32,000 nucleotides of DNA, from assembly GCA_030428565.1 (NCBI GenBank), contig JAUIDR010000026.1:12754-44753 (forward strand). Reading direction: 5' to 3'. Position 1 is the stretch's first letter. Each line of letters starts with the position of its first letter. Positions 17,759 through 29,189 of this stretch are shown here, one piece after another. The DNA comes from Alphaproteobacteria bacterium (lineage in GTDB: Bacteria; Pseudomonadota; Alphaproteobacteria; UBA7985; JAUIBT01). The position numbers were made by a program, and so were the translations under genes. The notes below the pieces were generated by a model that searched no databases, was not told the origin of the DNA, and was given only the letters and a program-made list of their open reading frames with translations.

Positions 17759-18379
17759 ATGAAAGCGCCAGTGGTCACGATTGACCAGGAGAAAGTCGGT
17801 GAGGTCGAGCTGCTTGACAGCGTGTTCGACACAGCGGTTCGCGCGGACCTGATGCACCGGACGGTGACTTGGCAGTTGGCCAAGCGTCGTCAAGGCACGC
17901 ACAAGGTCAAGACGCGTTCCGAGAACAACCGCACAAAGAAGAAGTTTGGTCGCCAGAAGGGCGGCGGTGGCGCGCGTCACGGCTCACGTAATGCGCACAT
18001 CTTTATCGGTGGTGGTCAAGTCCACGGGCCGACCCCCCGCGATCACGGCTTTGATTTGCAGAAAAAGGTCCGAAAGGCGGCCCTGCGTTCGGCGCTGTCG
18101 TCTAAGCAGCAAGGTGGCCAGTTGATCATCTTGGAAGACGCAAAGCTGGACAGCGGACGCACCCGCGAACTGGCTGCCAAGTTGGCCAAGTTTGACGCTA
18201 AGTCGATCCTGTTCGTAACGGGCGCTGACGTCGACGCAGGCTTTGCCCGCGCGGCGCAAAACCTGATCGGTATCGACGTGCTGCCTCAGCAGGGCGCAAA
18301 CGTCTATGACATCCTGAAGCACGACGCGCTGGTCCTGACCAAGGACGCGGCCGCAGCCCTAGAGGAGCGCCTGTCATGA
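17759..18379 (+). CDS. rplD: 50S ribosomal protein L4
   Basis: ...[52 protein letters not shown]... Confidence 0.97.
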   Translation: MKAPVVTIDQEKVGEVELLDSVFDTAVRADLMHRTVTWQLAKRRQGTHKVKTRSENNRTKKKFGRQKGGGGARHGSRNAHIFIGGGQVHGPTPRDHGFDLQKKVRKAALRSALSSKQQGGQLIILEDAKLDSGRTRELAAKLAKFDAKSILFVTGADVDAGFARAAQNLIGIDVLPQQGANVYDILKHDALVLTKDAAAALEERLS

Positions 18380-18723
18380 GCCGTGGTTTGATGCTTACTC
18401 GCCGCGCTAAGGCCCAGCCGAAAGTCGCGGTCTCTGCCGAGCGCAGCTATGAAATTCTGCGTCGTCCCATCGTCACCGAAAAGTCAACCGGTGGTGCTGA
18501 ACACAACCAATACACCTTTGAAGTCGCAATTGATGCCAGCAAGCCAGAGATCAAAGCCTCTGTCGAGAGCATCTTTGGCGTCAAGGTCAAGGCGGTCAAC
18601 ACCTTGATCACCAAGGGTAAAGTCAAGCGTTTCCGTGGACGCCTGGGCCAGCGCTCAGACGTGAAAAAAGCGGTTGTTACGCTGCAAGCCGGCCAGGTCT
18701 TGGACCTGGGTGCCGGGGTGTAA
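18376..18723 (+). CDS. rplW: 50S ribosomal protein L23
   Basis: ...[62 protein letters not shown]...; ATGA overlap with rplD. Confidence 0.96.
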   Translation: MSRGLMLTRRAKAQPKVAVSAERSYEILRRPIVTEKSTGGAEHNQYTFEVAIDASKPEIKASVESIFGVKVKAVNTLITKGKVKRFRGRLGQRSDVKKAVVTLQAGQVLDLGAGV

Positions 18724-18735
18724 GGAGAAACAATC

Positions 18736-19566
18736 ATGCCGATGAAGTCCTACAATCCCGTCACTAATGGCCAGCGTGGTCTGGTTCGTATCGACCGCTC
18801 AGGCCTGTACAAGGGCAAGCCGGTTAAGAACCTGACCGAAGGTCTGACCCGCACTGGCGGTCGTAACAACACGGGCCGTATCACATCTCGCCACATCGGT
18901 GGCGGCCACAAGCGCCGTTACCGCCTGATCGATTTCAAACGTCGCAAGTGGGATATGGCGGCTGAAGTTCAGCGCCTGGAATACGATCCCAACCGCACCG
19001 CTTTTATCGCGCTGCTGCAGTATGAAGATGGCGAGCAAGCTTATATTCTCGCGCCGCAGCGCTTGAAGGTTGGCGATAAGGTTGAAGCCGGCGAAAAGGC
19101 CGACATCAAACCCGGCAACGCGCTGCCTTTGTCTAAAATTCCGGTGGGTACCATCATCCACAACGTCGAGCTGAAGCCTGGTAAGGGTGGTCAGATCGCG
19201 CGTTCGGCTGGCACCTATGTGCAGATTGTTGGTCGCGAGACCGGCTATGCGCAGGTGCGTTTGACCTCCGGCGAGCTGCGTTTGATCCGTCAAGAGTGCA
19301 TGGCCACTGTTGGTGCGGTCTCAAACGCCGAGCACAACAACGAGAACCTTGGTAAAGCCGGTCGTCGGCGCTGGATGGGTTGGCGTCCCCACGTACGTGG
19401 TGTTGTCATGAACCCCATCGACCACCCGCACGGTGGTGGTGAAGGCCGTACCTCAGGTGGTCGTCACCCTGTGACACCTTGGGGCAAACCGACTAAGGGC
19501 AAGCGGACACGCAGCAATAAGAAGACAGATCGTCTGATTATGCGCTCACGTCACGCTCGTAAGTAA
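18736..19566 (+). CDS. rplB: 50S ribosomal protein L2
   Basis: ...[27 protein letters not shown]...; conserved [26 protein letters not shown]. Confidence 0.98.
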   Translation: MPMKSYNPVTNGQRGLVRIDRSGLYKGKPVKNLTEGLTRTGGRNNTGRITSRHIGGGHKRRYRLIDFKRRKWDMAAEVQRLEYDPNRTAFIALLQYEDGEQAYILAPQRLKVGDKVEAGEKADIKPGNALPLSKIPVGTIIHNVELKPGKGGQIARSAGTYVQIVGRETGYAQVRLTSGELRLIRQECMATVGAVSNAEHNNENLGKAGRRRWMGWRPHVRGVVMNPIDHPHGGGEGRTSGGRHPVTPWGKPTKGKRTRSNKKTDRLIMRSRHARK

Positions 19567-19584
19567 AGAAGAGGCGATACCAAC

Positions 19585-19863
19585 ATGGCTCGTTCAGTCT
19601 GGAAAGGCCCTTTTGTCGACGGCTACCTGCTTAAGAAAGTAGAAGCTGTTCGTTCATCGGGCAAAAATGAAGTGATCAAGACTTGGTCACGTCGATCTAC
19701 AATTGTACCGCCCTTCGTTGGGCAAACTTTTGGCGTTTACAACGGCAAACAGTTCATCCCTGTTTTGGTCACTGAAGAAATGGTCGGCCACAAGCTGGGT
19801 GAATTCGCTCCGACCCGTACCTACTACGGTCACGGCGTCGATAAAAAAGCCAAGCGCAGATAA
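19585..19863 (+). CDS. rpsS: 30S ribosomal protein S19
   Basis: [20 protein letters not shown]...[46 protein letters not shown]. Confidence 0.98.
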   Translation: MARSVWKGPFVDGYLLKKVEAVRSSGKNEVIKTWSRRSTIVPPFVGQTFGVYNGKQFIPVLVTEEMVGHKLGEFAPTRTYYGHGVDKKAKRR

Positions 19864-19878
19864 GAAGGACGTATCTCA

Positions 19879-20268
19879 ATGGGTAAGATTTCCAGAGAGC
19901 GTCAGCTGGCTGATAACGAGGCCGCGGCAACGCTCAAAATGTTGAAGACCAGCCCTCAGAAGCTGAACTTGGTCGCGGGTCTGATCCGCGGCAAGTCAGC
20001 CGAAAAGGCGCTGGCGGATCTGACTTTCTCTAAGCGTCGCGTCGCTCAAGACGTGAAAAAGTGCTTGGAGAGCGCGGTTGCGAACGCAACCAACAACCAC
20101 GACCTGGACCCCGACAAGTTGATTGTCGCCGAGGCTTGGGTTGGCAAGAGCATGGTTCTCAAGCGCTTCCGTGCCCGCGCTCGCGGTCGTATTGGACGCA
20201 TCTTGAAGCCTTTTAGCCGGATTACCATTGTGGTCCGCGAAATCGAAGACCAGAAGGAAGCCGCCTAA
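19879..20268 (+). CDS. rplV: 50S ribosomal protein L22
   Basis: ...[55 protein letters not shown]...[20 protein letters not shown]. Confidence 0.97.
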   Translation: MGKISRERQLADNEAAATLKMLKTSPQKLNLVAGLIRGKSAEKALADLTFSKRRVAQDVKKCLESAVANATNNHDLDPDKLIVAEAWVGKSMVLKRFRARARGRIGRILKPFSRITIVVREIEDQKEAA

Positions 20269-20954
20269 TGGGTCAGAAGGTTAATCCAATTTCAATCCGC
20301 TTGGGTGTCAACCGCACCTGGGATTCGCGTTGGTACGCAAACCCGAAGGACTACATGGGTCTGCTGCACGAAGACTATAAGCTGCAGGATTACGTCAAGT
20401 CCAAGCTGAAGCAAGCGGCTGTCTCTCGTGTCATCGTCGAGCGCCAGGCTAAGAAGCCGCGCGTGACCATCTATTCAGGCCGCCCCGGTGTCATCATCGG
20501 CAAGAAGGGCGCTGACATTGAGAAACTGCGCAAAGAGCTGCAGAACCTCTGTGGTCAAGAAGTGGCGATCAACATCGTTGAGATCCGCAAGCCCGAGATG
20601 GACGCCCAGTTGGCAGCCGAGAGCGTTGCTCAGCAGTTGGAGCGCCGCGTTTCTTTCCGTCGTGCGCTGAAGCGTACCGTTCAGAACGCTATGCGTTTGG
20701 GCGCTGAAGGCGTTCGTTTGAACGTTGCCGGTCGTCTGGGCGGCGCTGAGATCGCCCGTACCGAGTGGTACCGCGAAGGCCGTGTGCCGCTGCACACCCT
20801 GCGCGCTGACATCGACTACGGTTTTGCAGAAGCGCTGACCACTTACGGCATCATTGGCGTCAAGTGTTGGATCTATAAAGGCGAGATCATGGAGCACGAT
20901 CCCATGGGCCACGATCGCCGTATCACTGAAATGCAAGGATCTGGGGCTCGCTAA
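20268..20954 (+). CDS. rpsC: 30S ribosomal protein S3
   Basis: [25 protein letters not shown]...; TAATG overlap with rplV. Confidence 0.98.
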   Translation: MGQKVNPISIRLGVNRTWDSRWYANPKDYMGLLHEDYKLQDYVKSKLKQAAVSRVIVERQAKKPRVTIYSGRPGVIIGKKGADIEKLRKELQNLCGQEVAINIVEIRKPEMDAQLAAESVAQQLERRVSFRRALKRTVQNAMRLGAEGVRLNVAGRLGGAEIARTEWYREGRVPLHTLRADIDYGFAEALTTYGIIGVKCWIYKGEIMEHDPMGHDRRITEMQGSGAR

Positions 20955-20993
20955 GCGGGTCCTTGATCGCGTTAGACAAGGAGATTAAGAAAC

Positions 20994-21410
20994 ATGCTTA
21001 GTCCCAAGAGAACCAAGTACCGCAAGGCCTTTAAGGGCCGTCTGCGTGGTCAAGCCAAAGGCGGCTACGAGCTGAACTTTGGCTCTTACGGTCTGAAAGC
21101 CACGACCTCTGAGCGTGTGACTGCCCGCCAGATCGAGGCCAGCCGTCGTGCCATCACCCGCCGCATGCGTCGTGTTGGTAAGCTGTGGATTCGCGTATTC
21201 CCCGACCTGCCTGTTTCCAGCAAGCCCGCTGAAGTCCGTCAGGGTAAAGGTAAGGGTTCACCGGATTACTGGGCTGTTCGCGTTGCACCGGGCCGCATCC
21301 TGTTCGAGCTGGACGGTGTTCCCCGCGATATCGCTGAAGATGCCTTCCGCCTGGCTGCTGCCAAGCTGCCGGTCAAGACACGCTTCATCGAGCGTATCGG
21401 CGCGCAGTAA
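20994..21410 (+). CDS. rplP: 50S ribosomal protein L16
   Basis: [38 protein letters not shown]...[20 protein letters not shown]. Confidence 0.98.
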   Translation: MLSPKRTKYRKAFKGRLRGQAKGGYELNFGSYGLKATTSERVTARQIEASRRAITRRMRRVGKLWIRVFPDLPVSSKPAEVRQGKGKGSPDYWAVRVAPGRILFELDGVPRDIAEDAFRLAAAKLPVKTRFIERIGAQ

Positions 21411-21422
21411 GGAGAGTCAGAC

Positions 21423-21623
21423 ATGTCAAAAGCAAGTGAGCTGCGCGAAAAGTCAGCCGACGATCTGAAGAAGACCGTTCTGGACCTGCGCAAAGAAAAA
21501 TTGAACCTGCGTTTTCAGCAAGCTGGCCTTCAGTTGCAGAAGACTTCAGAAGTGCGTCGTGTGCGTCGGGACATCGCCCGCGCGAAGACCATTCTGAGCG
21601 AAAAGCAAAACGCTAAAGGATAA
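21423..21623 (+). CDS. rpmC: 50S ribosomal protein L29
   Basis: [58 protein letters not shown]. Confidence 0.95.
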   Translation: MSKASELREKSADDLKKTVLDLRKEKLNLRFQQAGLQLQKTSEVRRVRRDIARAKTILSEKQNAKG

Positions 21624-21632
21624 GGAAAAGCC

Positions 21633-21875
21633 ATGCCCAAGCGCGTATTGCAAGGCCGGGTCGTCAGCAACAAGACCGACAAAACAGCCACCGTGCTGGT
21701 TGAACGTCGCGTGATGCACCCCATCTACCGCAAGTTCATTAAGCGTACGAAAAAGTACGCGGCGCACGACCCCGAAAATCGCTGTAGCATCGGCGATTAC
21801 GTGCGCATTGAAGAAACCGCACCCATCTCCAAGACCAAGACTTGGAAGGTGCTGTTTGATGAGACAACCGCCTAA
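21633..21875 (+). CDS. rpsQ: 30S ribosomal protein S17
   Basis: [71 protein letters not shown]. Confidence 0.97.
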   Translation: MPKRVLQGRVVSNKTDKTATVLVERRVMHPIYRKFIKRTKKYAAHDPENRCSIGDYVRIEETAPISKTKTWKVLFDETTA

Positions 21876-21932
21876 GCCGCCGTCTGGGCTAGGAACGGTT
21901 TTTGGACAGACGATTTTTAAAGGGTAACTGCC

Positions 21933-22301
21933 ATGATTCAGATGCAAACCAACTTGGAGGTCGCCGATAACTCCGGCGCGCGCCGAGTGCAGTGCATCAA
22001 GGTTCTGGGCGGCTCGAAGCGGCGCTTTGCGTCGGTGGGTGATGTGATTGTGGTGTCTGTGAAAGATGCCTCACCCCGCGGCCGTGTCAAGAAAGGTGAT
22101 GTACGTCGTGCGGTAATCGTGCGGACTGCAAAGGACGTGATGCGTCCTGACGGTTCTGCGATCCGCTTTGACACCAATGCCGCTGTGTTGATCAACAAGA
22201 GCAACGAGCCAATCGGTACACGTATCTTCGGCCCCATTCCTCGTGAATTGCGTGGCAAGAACTTCATGAAGATCATCTCTTTGGCCCCCGAGGTTCTGTA
22301 G
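21933..22301 (+). CDS. rplN: 50S ribosomal protein L14
   Basis: [50 protein letters not shown]. Confidence 0.98.
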   Translation: MIQMQTNLEVADNSGARRVQCIKVLGGSKRRFASVGDVIVVSVKDASPRGRVKKGDVRRAVIVRTAKDVMRPDGSAIRFDTNAAVLINKSNEPIGTRIFGPIPRELRGKNFMKIISLAPEVL

Positions 22302-22316
22302 GACAGAGAAAAGCTA

Positions 22317-22649
22317 ATGGCAGCAAAAATTAAACGCGGTGATAAGGTCATGGTCATGACCGGTCGGTCCAAGGGACAGACCGGTGTTGTGACCCAGGTC
22401 ATCACCGAGACCGGACGCGCACTTGTTGAAGGCGTGAACATGGTCACCAAGCACCAAAAGCCCAGCCAGACCGCAGCCGGCGGCCTAGTGCAAAAAGAAG
22501 CTTCTTTGGACCTGTCGAACCTGATGGTTCTGGACCCTTCTGATGACAAGCCGACCCGCGTTGGTTTCCGCATCGAAGATGACGGCAGCAAAGTGCGCGT
22601 ATCCAAGCGCAGCGGCACCGTTATTCCCGAACCCGACTGGAGGGCCTAA
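22317..22649 (+). CDS. rplX: 50S ribosomal protein L24
   Basis: [51 protein letters not shown]. Confidence 0.96.
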   Translation: MAAKIKRGDKVMVMTGRSKGQTGVVTQVITETGRALVEGVNMVTKHQKPSQTAAGGLVQKEASLDLSNLMVLDPSDDKPTRVGFRIEDDGSKVRVSKRSGTVIPEPDWRA

Positions 22650-22652
22650 GGC

Positions 22653-23195
22653 GTGGCACGTTTAAAAGACCACTACAATGACGTCGTGCGCGGCAAGTTG
22701 CAGGAGCAGTTCTCTTACCAGAACGTCATGCAGATCCCCCGCCTGCAAAAGATCGTTGTCAACATGGGCGTTGGCGAAGCGGTTGCTGACAAGAAAAAGC
22801 TGGATGCTGCAATCGCGGACATGGCTTTGATCACCGGTCAAAAGCCGGTCGCAACAGCGGCTCGCAACTCCATCGCGGGCTTCAAGCTTCGTGAAGGCAT
22901 GAAGATCGGCTGTAAAGTCACACTGCGCGGCGAGCGCATGTACGAATTCTTGGATCGCCTGGTGAACATCGCCATGCCCCGTATTCGTGACTTCCGCGGC
23001 ACCAATCCCAAGGCTTTCGACGGCCGTGGCAACTACGCACTGGGTCTTAAAGAGCAGTTGATCTTCCCCGAGATCGACTACGACAAGATCGACCAGGTTC
23101 GTGGTATGGACATCGTTTTCGTGACCTCGGCTAATACGAACGAAGAAGCCAAGGCATTGTTGGAGGGTTTTGATATGCCCTTCAGCAAGTCGTAA
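22653..23195 (+). CDS. rplE: 50S ribosomal protein L5 (GTG start)
   Basis: ...[80 protein letters not shown]. Confidence 0.97.
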   Translation: MARLKDHYNDVVRGKLQEQFSYQNVMQIPRLQKIVVNMGVGEAVADKKKLDAAIADMALITGQKPVATAARNSIAGFKLREGMKIGCKVTLRGERMYEFLDRLVNIAMPRIRDFRGTNPKAFDGRGNYALGLKEQLIFPEIDYDKIDQVRGMDIVFVTSANTNEEAKALLEGFDMPFSKS

Positions 23196-23207
23196 GGAGA
23201 GGCTGTT

Positions 23208-23513
23208 ATGGCTAAAAAAGGTATGATCGAGCGCGAAAAGAAGCGGGCCGCCAACGTGGCGCGTCTGGCTGAAAAGCGCGCTACCCTCAAGGCACAGGCC
23301 AAGGATATGAACTTGGCTCCTGAGGAGCGTTTCTTGGCGCAATTGAAGCTGGCAAAGTTGCCGCGTTCTTCTTCGAAGGTGCGCATGCACAACCGTTGTT
23401 TGCTGACCGGACGTCCCCACGGCTACTACCGCCGTTTGGGCATGTCTCGTATTGCGCTGCGTGAGTTGGGATCTGCAGGTAAGATTCCCGGCATGACGAA
23501 ATCAAGCTGGTAA
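23208..23513 (+). CDS. rpsN: 30S ribosomal protein S14 (101-aa, zinc-independent form)
   Basis: [24 protein letters not shown]...[42 protein letters not shown]; no CxxC pair. Confidence 0.97.
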   Translation: MAKKGMIEREKKRAANVARLAEKRATLKAQAKDMNLAPEERFLAQLKLAKLPRSSSKVRMHNRCLLTGRPHGYYRRLGMSRIALRELGSAGKIPGMTKSSW

Positions 23514-23526
23514 GGGAGGAAAGTAC

Positions 23527-23925
23527 ATGTCTTTATCTGATCCTCTCGGCGATTTGCTGACCCGTATCCGCAACGGCCAGATGGCTAAATTGTCCAAAAT
23601 CACCTCGCCAGCATCAAAGCTGCGCGCGGGCGTTTTGGACGTATTGCGCGACGAAGGTTACATCCGTGGCTACACCACCTCTGAGGTCCGCAAGGGCATT
23701 TCTCAGCTGGAAATCGAACTGAAGTACTTCGATGGCGAGCCCGTCATCCGCGAAATCGCGCGTGAATCGACACCGGGTCGTCGCAAGTACTCTGGCATCA
23801 AAGACCTGCAGCGTTACCGCGGCGGTCTTGGCACCTACATTCTGTCAACGCCCAAGGGTGTTATGTCAGACGCGAAGGCTCGCCAAGAGAACGTCGGCGG
23901 CGAACTGTTGTGCCGCGTGTTCTAA
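23527..23925 (+). CDS. rpsH: 30S ribosomal protein S8
   Basis: [24 protein letters not shown]...[29 protein letters not shown]. Confidence 0.97.
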   Translation: MSLSDPLGDLLTRIRNGQMAKLSKITSPASKLRAGVLDVLRDEGYIRGYTTSEVRKGISQLEIELKYFDGEPVIREIARESTPGRRKYSGIKDLQRYRGGLGTYILSTPKGVMSDAKARQENVGGELLCRVF

Positions 23926-23935
23926 GGAGTAGAGA

Positions 23936-24469
23936 ATGTCTCGTGTAGGTAAGAACCCGGTCGATGTTCCCAGCGGCGTTGAAGTCAACGTTAAGGGATC
24001 TGTGGTCTCGGCTAAAGGCAAGTTGGGTGAGCTGAGTTATGAGTTCCCCGCTTGCATCGGCGTCGCGTTGGAAGACGGCAAGGTTGTCGTTTCTCCGGCC
24101 GACAATTCTAAGCATGCGCGTGCCATGTGGGGCACCGCGCGTGCGCGTATCGCAAACCTGGTCGATGGTGTCTCTAAGGGCTTTGAAAAGCGCCTGGAGC
24201 TGGTCGGCGTCGGCTACCGTGCTCAGATGAAGGGCACGGACGTGAATTTGCAGTTGGGCTATTCGCACGACGTGCTGTTCAAGATTCCCGCTGGCGTCAC
24301 CGCTGCCACCGACGGCCCGACCCAGATCATTCTGACCGGTGCTGACAAGCAGAAGGTCGGACAGGTCGCGGCTGAAATTCGTGCATGGCGCTCTCCTGAG
24401 CCTTACAAAGGCAAGGGTGTTCGCTACCAGGGCGAATACGTAATGATGAAAGAAGGGAAGAAGAAGTAG
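23936..24469 (+). CDS. rplF: 50S ribosomal protein L6
   Basis: [37 protein letters not shown]...[24 protein letters not shown]. Confidence 0.97.
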   Translation: MSRVGKNPVDVPSGVEVNVKGSVVSAKGKLGELSYEFPACIGVALEDGKVVVSPADNSKHARAMWGTARARIANLVDGVSKGFEKRLELVGVGYRAQMKGTDVNLQLGYSHDVLFKIPAGVTAATDGPTQIILTGADKQKVGQVAAEIRAWRSPEPYKGKGVRYQGEYVMMKEGKKK

Positions 24470-24471
24470 CC

Positions 24472-24834
24472 ATGGCGAACGCACGGAAACTCTTCGTTCA
24501 ACGCAAAATGCGCACACGCGCTCAATTGCGTCGCAAGGCCAATGGCCGCCCTCGCTTGTCTGTTTTCCGCTCTGGCCGGAACATCTATGCGCAGGTCATC
24601 AACGATGTTGAAGGCAAGACCGTTGCTTCTGCATCGACGATGGACAAAGCGCTGCGTGGCGACATCACCAAGCCTTGGTCAGTAGAAGCCGCTAGCGAGG
24701 TGGGCAAGGCTGTTGCCGAGCGCGCTAAGGAAGCTGGTGTTACCCAAGTGGCCTTCGACCGTGGTGCTTACCGCTTCCACGGCCGCGTAAAAGCCTTGGC
24801 TGAAGCCGCCCGCGAAGCCGGCCTTGAGTTCTAA
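24472..24834 (+). CDS. rplR: 50S ribosomal protein L18
   Basis: ...[40 protein letters not shown]...[29 protein letters not shown]. Confidence 0.97.
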   Translation: MANARKLFVQRKMRTRAQLRRKANGRPRLSVFRSGRNIYAQVINDVEGKTVASASTMDKALRGDITKPWSVEAASEVGKAVAERAKEAGVTQVAFDRGAYRFHGRVKALAEAAREAGLEF

Positions 24835-24861
24835 GGGCGACGGAAATCTAAGGAGAGATAC

Positions 24862-25410
24862 ATGGCCCGAGGTCAAAAAGAAGAACGGCAACAGCGCGAA
24901 GATAGCGACCTGGTAGAAAAGCTGGTCGCCATCAACCGTGTTGCCAAGACAGTAAAGGGTGGTCGTAACTTCGCGTTCGCTGCTCTGGTCGTTGTCGGCG
25001 ACGGCAAAGGCCGCGTTGGTCACGGTCACGGCAAGGCGAAGGAAGTTCCTGAAGCCATCCGTAAGGCAACCGAGACCGCCAAAAAGGCAATGATCCGCGT
25101 TCCGCTGCGCGAAGGCCGCACGCTGCACCACGACGTTGATGGTCGTTTCGGTGCCGGTAAAGTGGTCTGCCGTACCGCGCCCGCGGGTACAGGCATCATC
25201 GCCGGTGGTCCCTCACGCGCCGTATTTGAAGCCCTGGGCGTCAGCGACGTGGTTTCCAAGTCAAAGGGTTCATCGAACCCCTACAACTTGGTGCGTGCTA
25301 CTTTCCAGGCTTTGGAGCAGAACCAAAACCCCCGCCAAGTGGCTCAGCGCCGCGGCAAGCGCCAGCAAGACATCTTGCAACAGCGTGGCGGCGACCTGGT
25401 AGAGGAGTAA
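24862..25410 (+). CDS. rpsE: 30S ribosomal protein S5
   Basis: ...[55 protein letters not shown]... Confidence 0.97.
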   Translation: MARGQKEERQQREDSDLVEKLVAINRVAKTVKGGRNFAFAALVVVGDGKGRVGHGHGKAKEVPEAIRKATETAKKAMIRVPLREGRTLHHDVDGRFGAGKVVCRTAPAGTGIIAGGPSRAVFEALGVSDVVSKSKGSSNPYNLVRATFQALEQNQNPRQVAQRRGKRQQDILQQRGGDLVEE

Positions 25411-25416
25411 GACGGC

Positions 25417-25599
25417 ATGGCGAAGAAGACTGTTACCGTTAAGCTGACCGGCAGCCACTGCAAATGTACCGCCAAGCAAAAGGGCAACCTGCTGGGCTTG
25501 GGTCTGAAAAAGCGCGAGACCGTTCGCACTTTGGAAGATACGCCGGCGGTCCGTGGCATGATCAACAAGGTAAGCCACCTTGTAACCGTATTGGATTAA
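25417..25599 (+). CDS. rpmD: 50S ribosomal protein L30
   Basis: [60 protein letters not shown]; position between rpsE and rplO. Confidence 0.95.
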   Translation: MAKKTVTVKLTGSHCKCTAKQKGNLLGLGLKKRETVRTLEDTPAVRGMINKVSHLVTVLD

Positions 25600-25603
25600 G
25601 ACC

Positions 25604-26086
25604 ATGAAACTGAACGAACTTCGAGACAATTTGGGCGCTCGCAAGTCGCGCTCTCGCGTGGGTCGCGGTATCGGCTCGGGCATGGGCAAGACCTCGACGT
25701 CTGGTGTTAAGGGTCAAAAGGCACGCTCAGGCGTGGCGATCAACGGCTTCGAGGGTGGTCAGATGCCCTTGTACCGTCGCTTGCCCAAGTTTGGCTTTAA
25801 GCGCCCCAACGCACCGGTTTTCGCGGAAATCACCACCGGACGCTTGCAGCGTGCGATCGACGCGGGCCGTCTGGCAAGCGATGGCACCATCGACGCAGCC
25901 GCTCTGAAAGCGGCGGGCGTTGTCAAGCACACCCGCGATGGCGTTCGCTTGCTCAATAAGGGCGAGTTGAAAGCCAAGCTGAGCCTGTCTGTTGCAGGCG
26001 CAAGCGCTGGCGCCAAAGCGGCTGTTGAAGCCGCTGGCGGTAGCGTTGAGATCGTCGCCAAAGCGGCGGCTGACAGCGAAAACTAA
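25604..26086 (+). CDS. rplO: 50S ribosomal protein L15
   Basis: [65 protein letters not shown]. Confidence 0.97.
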   Translation: MKLNELRDNLGARKSRSRVGRGIGSGMGKTSTSGVKGQKARSGVAINGFEGGQMPLYRRLPKFGFKRPNAPVFAEITTGRLQRAIDAGRLASDGTIDAAALKAAGVVKHTRDGVRLLNKGELKAKLSLSVAGASAGAKAAVEAAGGSVEIVAKAAADSEN

Positions 26087-26098
26087 GGATTAGGCAAC

Positions 26099-27478
26099 AT
26101 GGCATCAGCTGCCGAACAACTGGCTGCGAACTTTCGTTTCGGCTCCTTTTTCAAGGCAGGCGACCTGCGTGACCGGCTCTTGTTTACGCTGGGTGCCTTG
26201 TTGATCTATCGCTTGGGCACCTATGTGCCGCTGCCCGGCATCGACGCCGATGCCATGGCTGATCTGTTTAGCCAGATGAGCGGCGGCATCCTCGGCAACT
26301 TGAACCTGTTCGCCGGTGGCGCGGTATCGCGTATGTCGATCTTTGCGCTGTCGATCCTGCCCTACATCTCGGCCTCGATCATCATGCAGCTTATGCAAGC
26401 GGTGTCGCCATCGCTGGAAGCCATGAAGAAAGAGGGCGAGTCGGGCCGTCGCAAGCTCAACCAATACACCCGTTACTTGACCGTTGTTTTGGCCATGGGC
26501 CAAGCCCTGGGCATCGCCTACGGCCTGGAGAGCTCGACTTCAGCCTCCAACCCGTTGGTCATCGACCCGGGCATGTTTTTCCGTATTCAGACCGTGGTCA
26601 CGCTGGCGGGCGGTACCGTCTTCTTGATGTGGCTCGGTGAACAAATCACCTCACGCGGTATTGGCAACGGCATCTCTTTGATCATTTTCACCGGTATTAT
26701 CGCCCAAATGCCGCGCGCGCTTGGGCAAATCCTGGAGACAGTGCAGCAGACCGATCAGGCGCTGTTGTCGCTGCTGGTGGTCGTGGTGGTCATTGCACTG
26801 GTGTTCTTTGTCGTCTTTATCGAACGCAGCTTCCGCCAGATCGTGGTTCAGTACCCCAAGCGGGTGGTAGGCAACCGTCAGACAGAAGGCCAGACCCAGT
26901 ACCTGCCACTAAAGCTGAACACCGTGGGTGTGATCCCCGTGATCTTTGCGTCTAGCTTGCTGATCATGCCGCAGACCATTGTTAGCTTTGGCGTTGGCGT
27001 CGAAAACGAATGGCTCAATGTGATCTTGTCTCAAATGGGACGCGGTCAGCCGGGCTTTATTATCTTGTTCGGCGCCCTGATCATGTTCTTCGCCTTCTTC
27101 TATACAGCGATCGTCTTTAATCCGAACGAGACCGCTGAAAACCTGAAGAAGGGCGGCGGCTACGTGCCGGGTGTGCGCCCTGGCAAGAACACCGCGATCT
27201 ATTTGGACTACGTCCTGTCGCGCCTGACCGTGGTAGGCGCCGTCTATCTGGCCTTCGTTGCGCTGCTGCCCGAGATTTGGGCAGGTGCGTCCAGCTCGGC
27301 ACTGATCTTTGGCGGTACTTCCATCCTGATCGTCGTGTCTGTCACCATCGATACGGTGCAGCAGATCCAGTCGCACATGATTGCTCAGCAGTACGAGAGC
27401 TTGCTGGCCAAGCAGCGCCTGCGTAGCGGCGATAAAAAAGACACACCCAAGAAGACACGCCGGAGAACGCGTCGATGA
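26099..27478 (+). CDS. secY: Preprotein translocase subunit SecY
   Basis: ...[24 protein letters not shown]...[20 protein letters not shown]...; multi-TM, canonical position. Confidence 0.98.
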   Translation: MASAAEQLAANFRFGSFFKAGDLRDRLLFTLGALLIYRLGTYVPLPGIDADAMADLFSQMSGGILGNLNLFAGGAVSRMSIFALSILPYISASIIMQLMQAVSPSLEAMKKEGESGRRKLNQYTRYLTVVLAMGQALGIAYGLESSTSASNPLVIDPGMFFRIQTVVTLAGGTVFLMWLGEQITSRGIGNGISLIIFTGIIAQMPRALGQILETVQQTDQALLSLLVVVVVIALVFFVVFIERSFRQIVVQYPKRVVGNRQTEGQTQYLPLKLNTVGVIPVIFASSLLIMPQTIVSFGVGVENEWLNVILSQMGRGQPGFIILFGALIMFFAFFYTAIVFNPNETAENLKKGGGYVPGVRPGKNTAIYLDYVLSRLTVVGAVYLAFVALLPEIWAGASSSALIFGGTSILIVVSVTIDTVQQIQSHMIAQQYESLLAKQRLRSGDKKDTPKKTRRRTRR

Positions 27479-28128
27479 AGTTGATTTTGTTGGGCCCGCC
27501 GGGCGCCGGAAAGGGAACCCAAGCCAAGCGTCTAATCGATGCTTACGGTATTCCGCAGTTATCCACGGGTGACATGCTGCGTGCGGTGAGCAAGTCGGGC
27601 TCTGCCCTGGGCAACGAGATTGCCGAGATCATGAAGACCGGCGCCCTGATTTCCGACGATATCATCATTAAGATGATCGCCGCGCGCTTGGACGAATCGG
27701 ACTGCAAGAACGGCTTTATTTTGGACGGTTTCCCACGCACCGAGGCGCAAGCCGAGGGTCTGGACCGTATGCTGGCTGACAAGGGCATGACCCTGGACGC
27801 GGTGGTCGAGTTGACCGTCGATGTCAACGCCCTGGTCGAGCGCATCACCGGTCGGTACACATGTGCCAACTGTGGCGCGGGCTATCATGACACTTTCCAA
27901 AAGCCTAAGGTCGAGGGCGTTTGCGATAGTTGCGGAGGCACCGAATTTAGCCGTCGCGCCGATGACAATGAAGCGACCGTCCGCGATCGCATCAAGGTCT
28001 ATGACGACCAAACCAAGCCGATTATCCCGCACTATGAGCACAAGGGTTTGCTAAAGCGCGTCGACGGCATGCAAGACATCGACGCTGTAACGGCTTCGAT
28101 CAAGACCATCTTAGACGCAGTGCATTGA
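27475..28128 (+). CDS. adk: Adenylate kinase, four-Cys LID type
   Basis: [37 protein letters not shown]...[26 protein letters not shown]; ATGA overlap with secY. Confidence 0.98.
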   Translation: MKLILLGPPGAGKGTQAKRLIDAYGIPQLSTGDMLRAVSKSGSALGNEIAEIMKTGALISDDIIIKMIAARLDESDCKNGFILDGFPRTEAQAEGLDRMLADKGMTLDAVVELTVDVNALVERITGRYTCANCGAGYHDTFQKPKVEGVCDSCGGTEFSRRADDNEATVRDRIKVYDDQTKPIIPHYEHKGLLKRVDGMQDIDAVTASIKTILDAVH

Positions 28129-28251
28129 CAAAGCGGATTTAGGCTGCTATCGGCAGCTCCCTTTGTTGTGGCACTTCCTCGACTTTTGCGCGCATGCGCA
28201 TACCGTGTCTCGCCGCCGGCGGGCACCGATTGATTTGTAAGGAGAACGACC

Positions 28252-28620
28252 GTGGCCCGTATCGCCGGTGTCAATATACCAACGCAGAAGCCGCTGTGGA
28301 TCGCGCTGACCTACATCCACGGCATTGGCCAGACCACGGCCAAGAAAATCGTGAGCGACCTGGGCCTGGAGCCCATGCGTCGTGTCAACGAATTGAGCGA
28401 CGATGAAGTGCTGAAAATTCGCGAGACCATCGACGCTGACTACATGGTGGAAGGCGACCTTCGCCGTGAGCGCGCTATGAATATCAAGCGACTGATGGAC
28501 CTGAAGTGCTATCGCGGCCTGCGCCATCGTCACAATTTGCCGACTCGTGGCCAGCGCACGCGCTGTAACGCGCGCACCCGCAAGGGTAAAGCTGTGCCGA
28601 TCGCCGGTAAGAAGAAGTAA
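28252..28620 (+). CDS. rpsM: 30S ribosomal protein S13 (GTG start)
   Basis: [33 protein letters not shown]...[25 protein letters not shown]; SD AAGGAG. Confidence 0.98.
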   Translation: MARIAGVNIPTQKPLWIALTYIHGIGQTTAKKIVSDLGLEPMRRVNELSDDEVLKIRETIDADYMVEGDLRRERAMNIKRLMDLKCYRGLRHRHNLPTRGQRTRCNARTRKGKAVPIAGKKK

Positions 28621-28632
28621 GGATAGAAAGAC

Positions 28633-29022
28633 ATGGCAAGACCTGAGCGCGGCGTTCGCCGCAGAGAGCGTAAGAACATCACTTCTGGTGTTGCGCACGT
28701 TGCTTCGACCTTCAACAACACCCTGATCACCATTACAGATGCGCAAGGCAACGCCATCTCCTGGTCATCGGCGGGTATGCAGGGCTTCAAAGGCTCTCGC
28801 AAATCGACCCCTTACGCGGCCCAGGTCGCGGCTGAGGATGCGGGTCGCAAGGCTCAAGAACACGGCATGAAGACCCTGGAAGTTTGCGTTAAGGGCCCCG
28901 GGTCTGGACGTGAGTCGGCTCTGCGTGCTTTGCAGTCTATCGGTTTTACCATCACGGCTATCCGCGACGTGACACCCGTTCCTCACAACGGTTGCCGTCC
29001 GCGTAAACAACGCCGCGTCTAA
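28633..29022 (+). CDS. rpsK: 30S ribosomal protein S11
   Basis: ...[49 protein letters not shown]...[13 protein letters not shown]. Confidence 0.98.
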   Translation: MARPERGVRRRERKNITSGVAHVASTFNNTLITITDAQGNAISWSSAGMQGFKGSRKSTPYAAQVAAEDAGRKAQEHGMKTLEVCVKGPGSGRESALRALQSIGFTITAIRDVTPVPHNGCRPRKQRRV

Positions 29023-29031
29023 CCGACGCCA

Positions 29032-29058
29032 GGCCGGTGCCGCTGGGCGGTGCTGGCC
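29032..29058 (+). promoter_or_regulatory. Strong hairpin in the rpsK-rpoA spacer
   Basis: GGCCGGTGCCGC-TGG-GCGGTGCTGGCC: 12 pairs including three G-U, 3-nt loop. Confidence 0.55.
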
Positions 29059-29115
29059 ACGATCGGCGTGGGTGGCGACGAGCCACATGTTCTAGCGCCT
29101 TCGTTGTTTTTGTCA

Positions 29116-29149
29116 GGCGGGAGCCGTTTGCGGTGCTCCTCGCCTTTTT
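29116..29149 (+). terminator. Candidate intrinsic terminator/attenuator upstream of rpoA
   Basis: GGCGGGAGC-loop-GCTCC(T)CGCC followed by TTTTT; stem with one bulge. Confidence 0.5.
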
Positions 29150-29189
29150 GCCGTTTTAGAACGCCTTGTGCGTTGAAGGAGTGTATTCG

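Noticed and set aside
28188-28200. GCGCATGCGC palindrome upstream of rpsM
   Set aside because: A 10-bp GC-rich palindrome is expected by chance at this composition, and there is no supporting context.
27475-28251. adk between secY and rpsM, with no rpmJ there, as a possible anomaly
   Set aside because: secY-adk-rpsM-rpsK-rpoA-rplQ order is usual in alphaproteobacteria, and the four-Cys LID is also a known adenylate kinase type.
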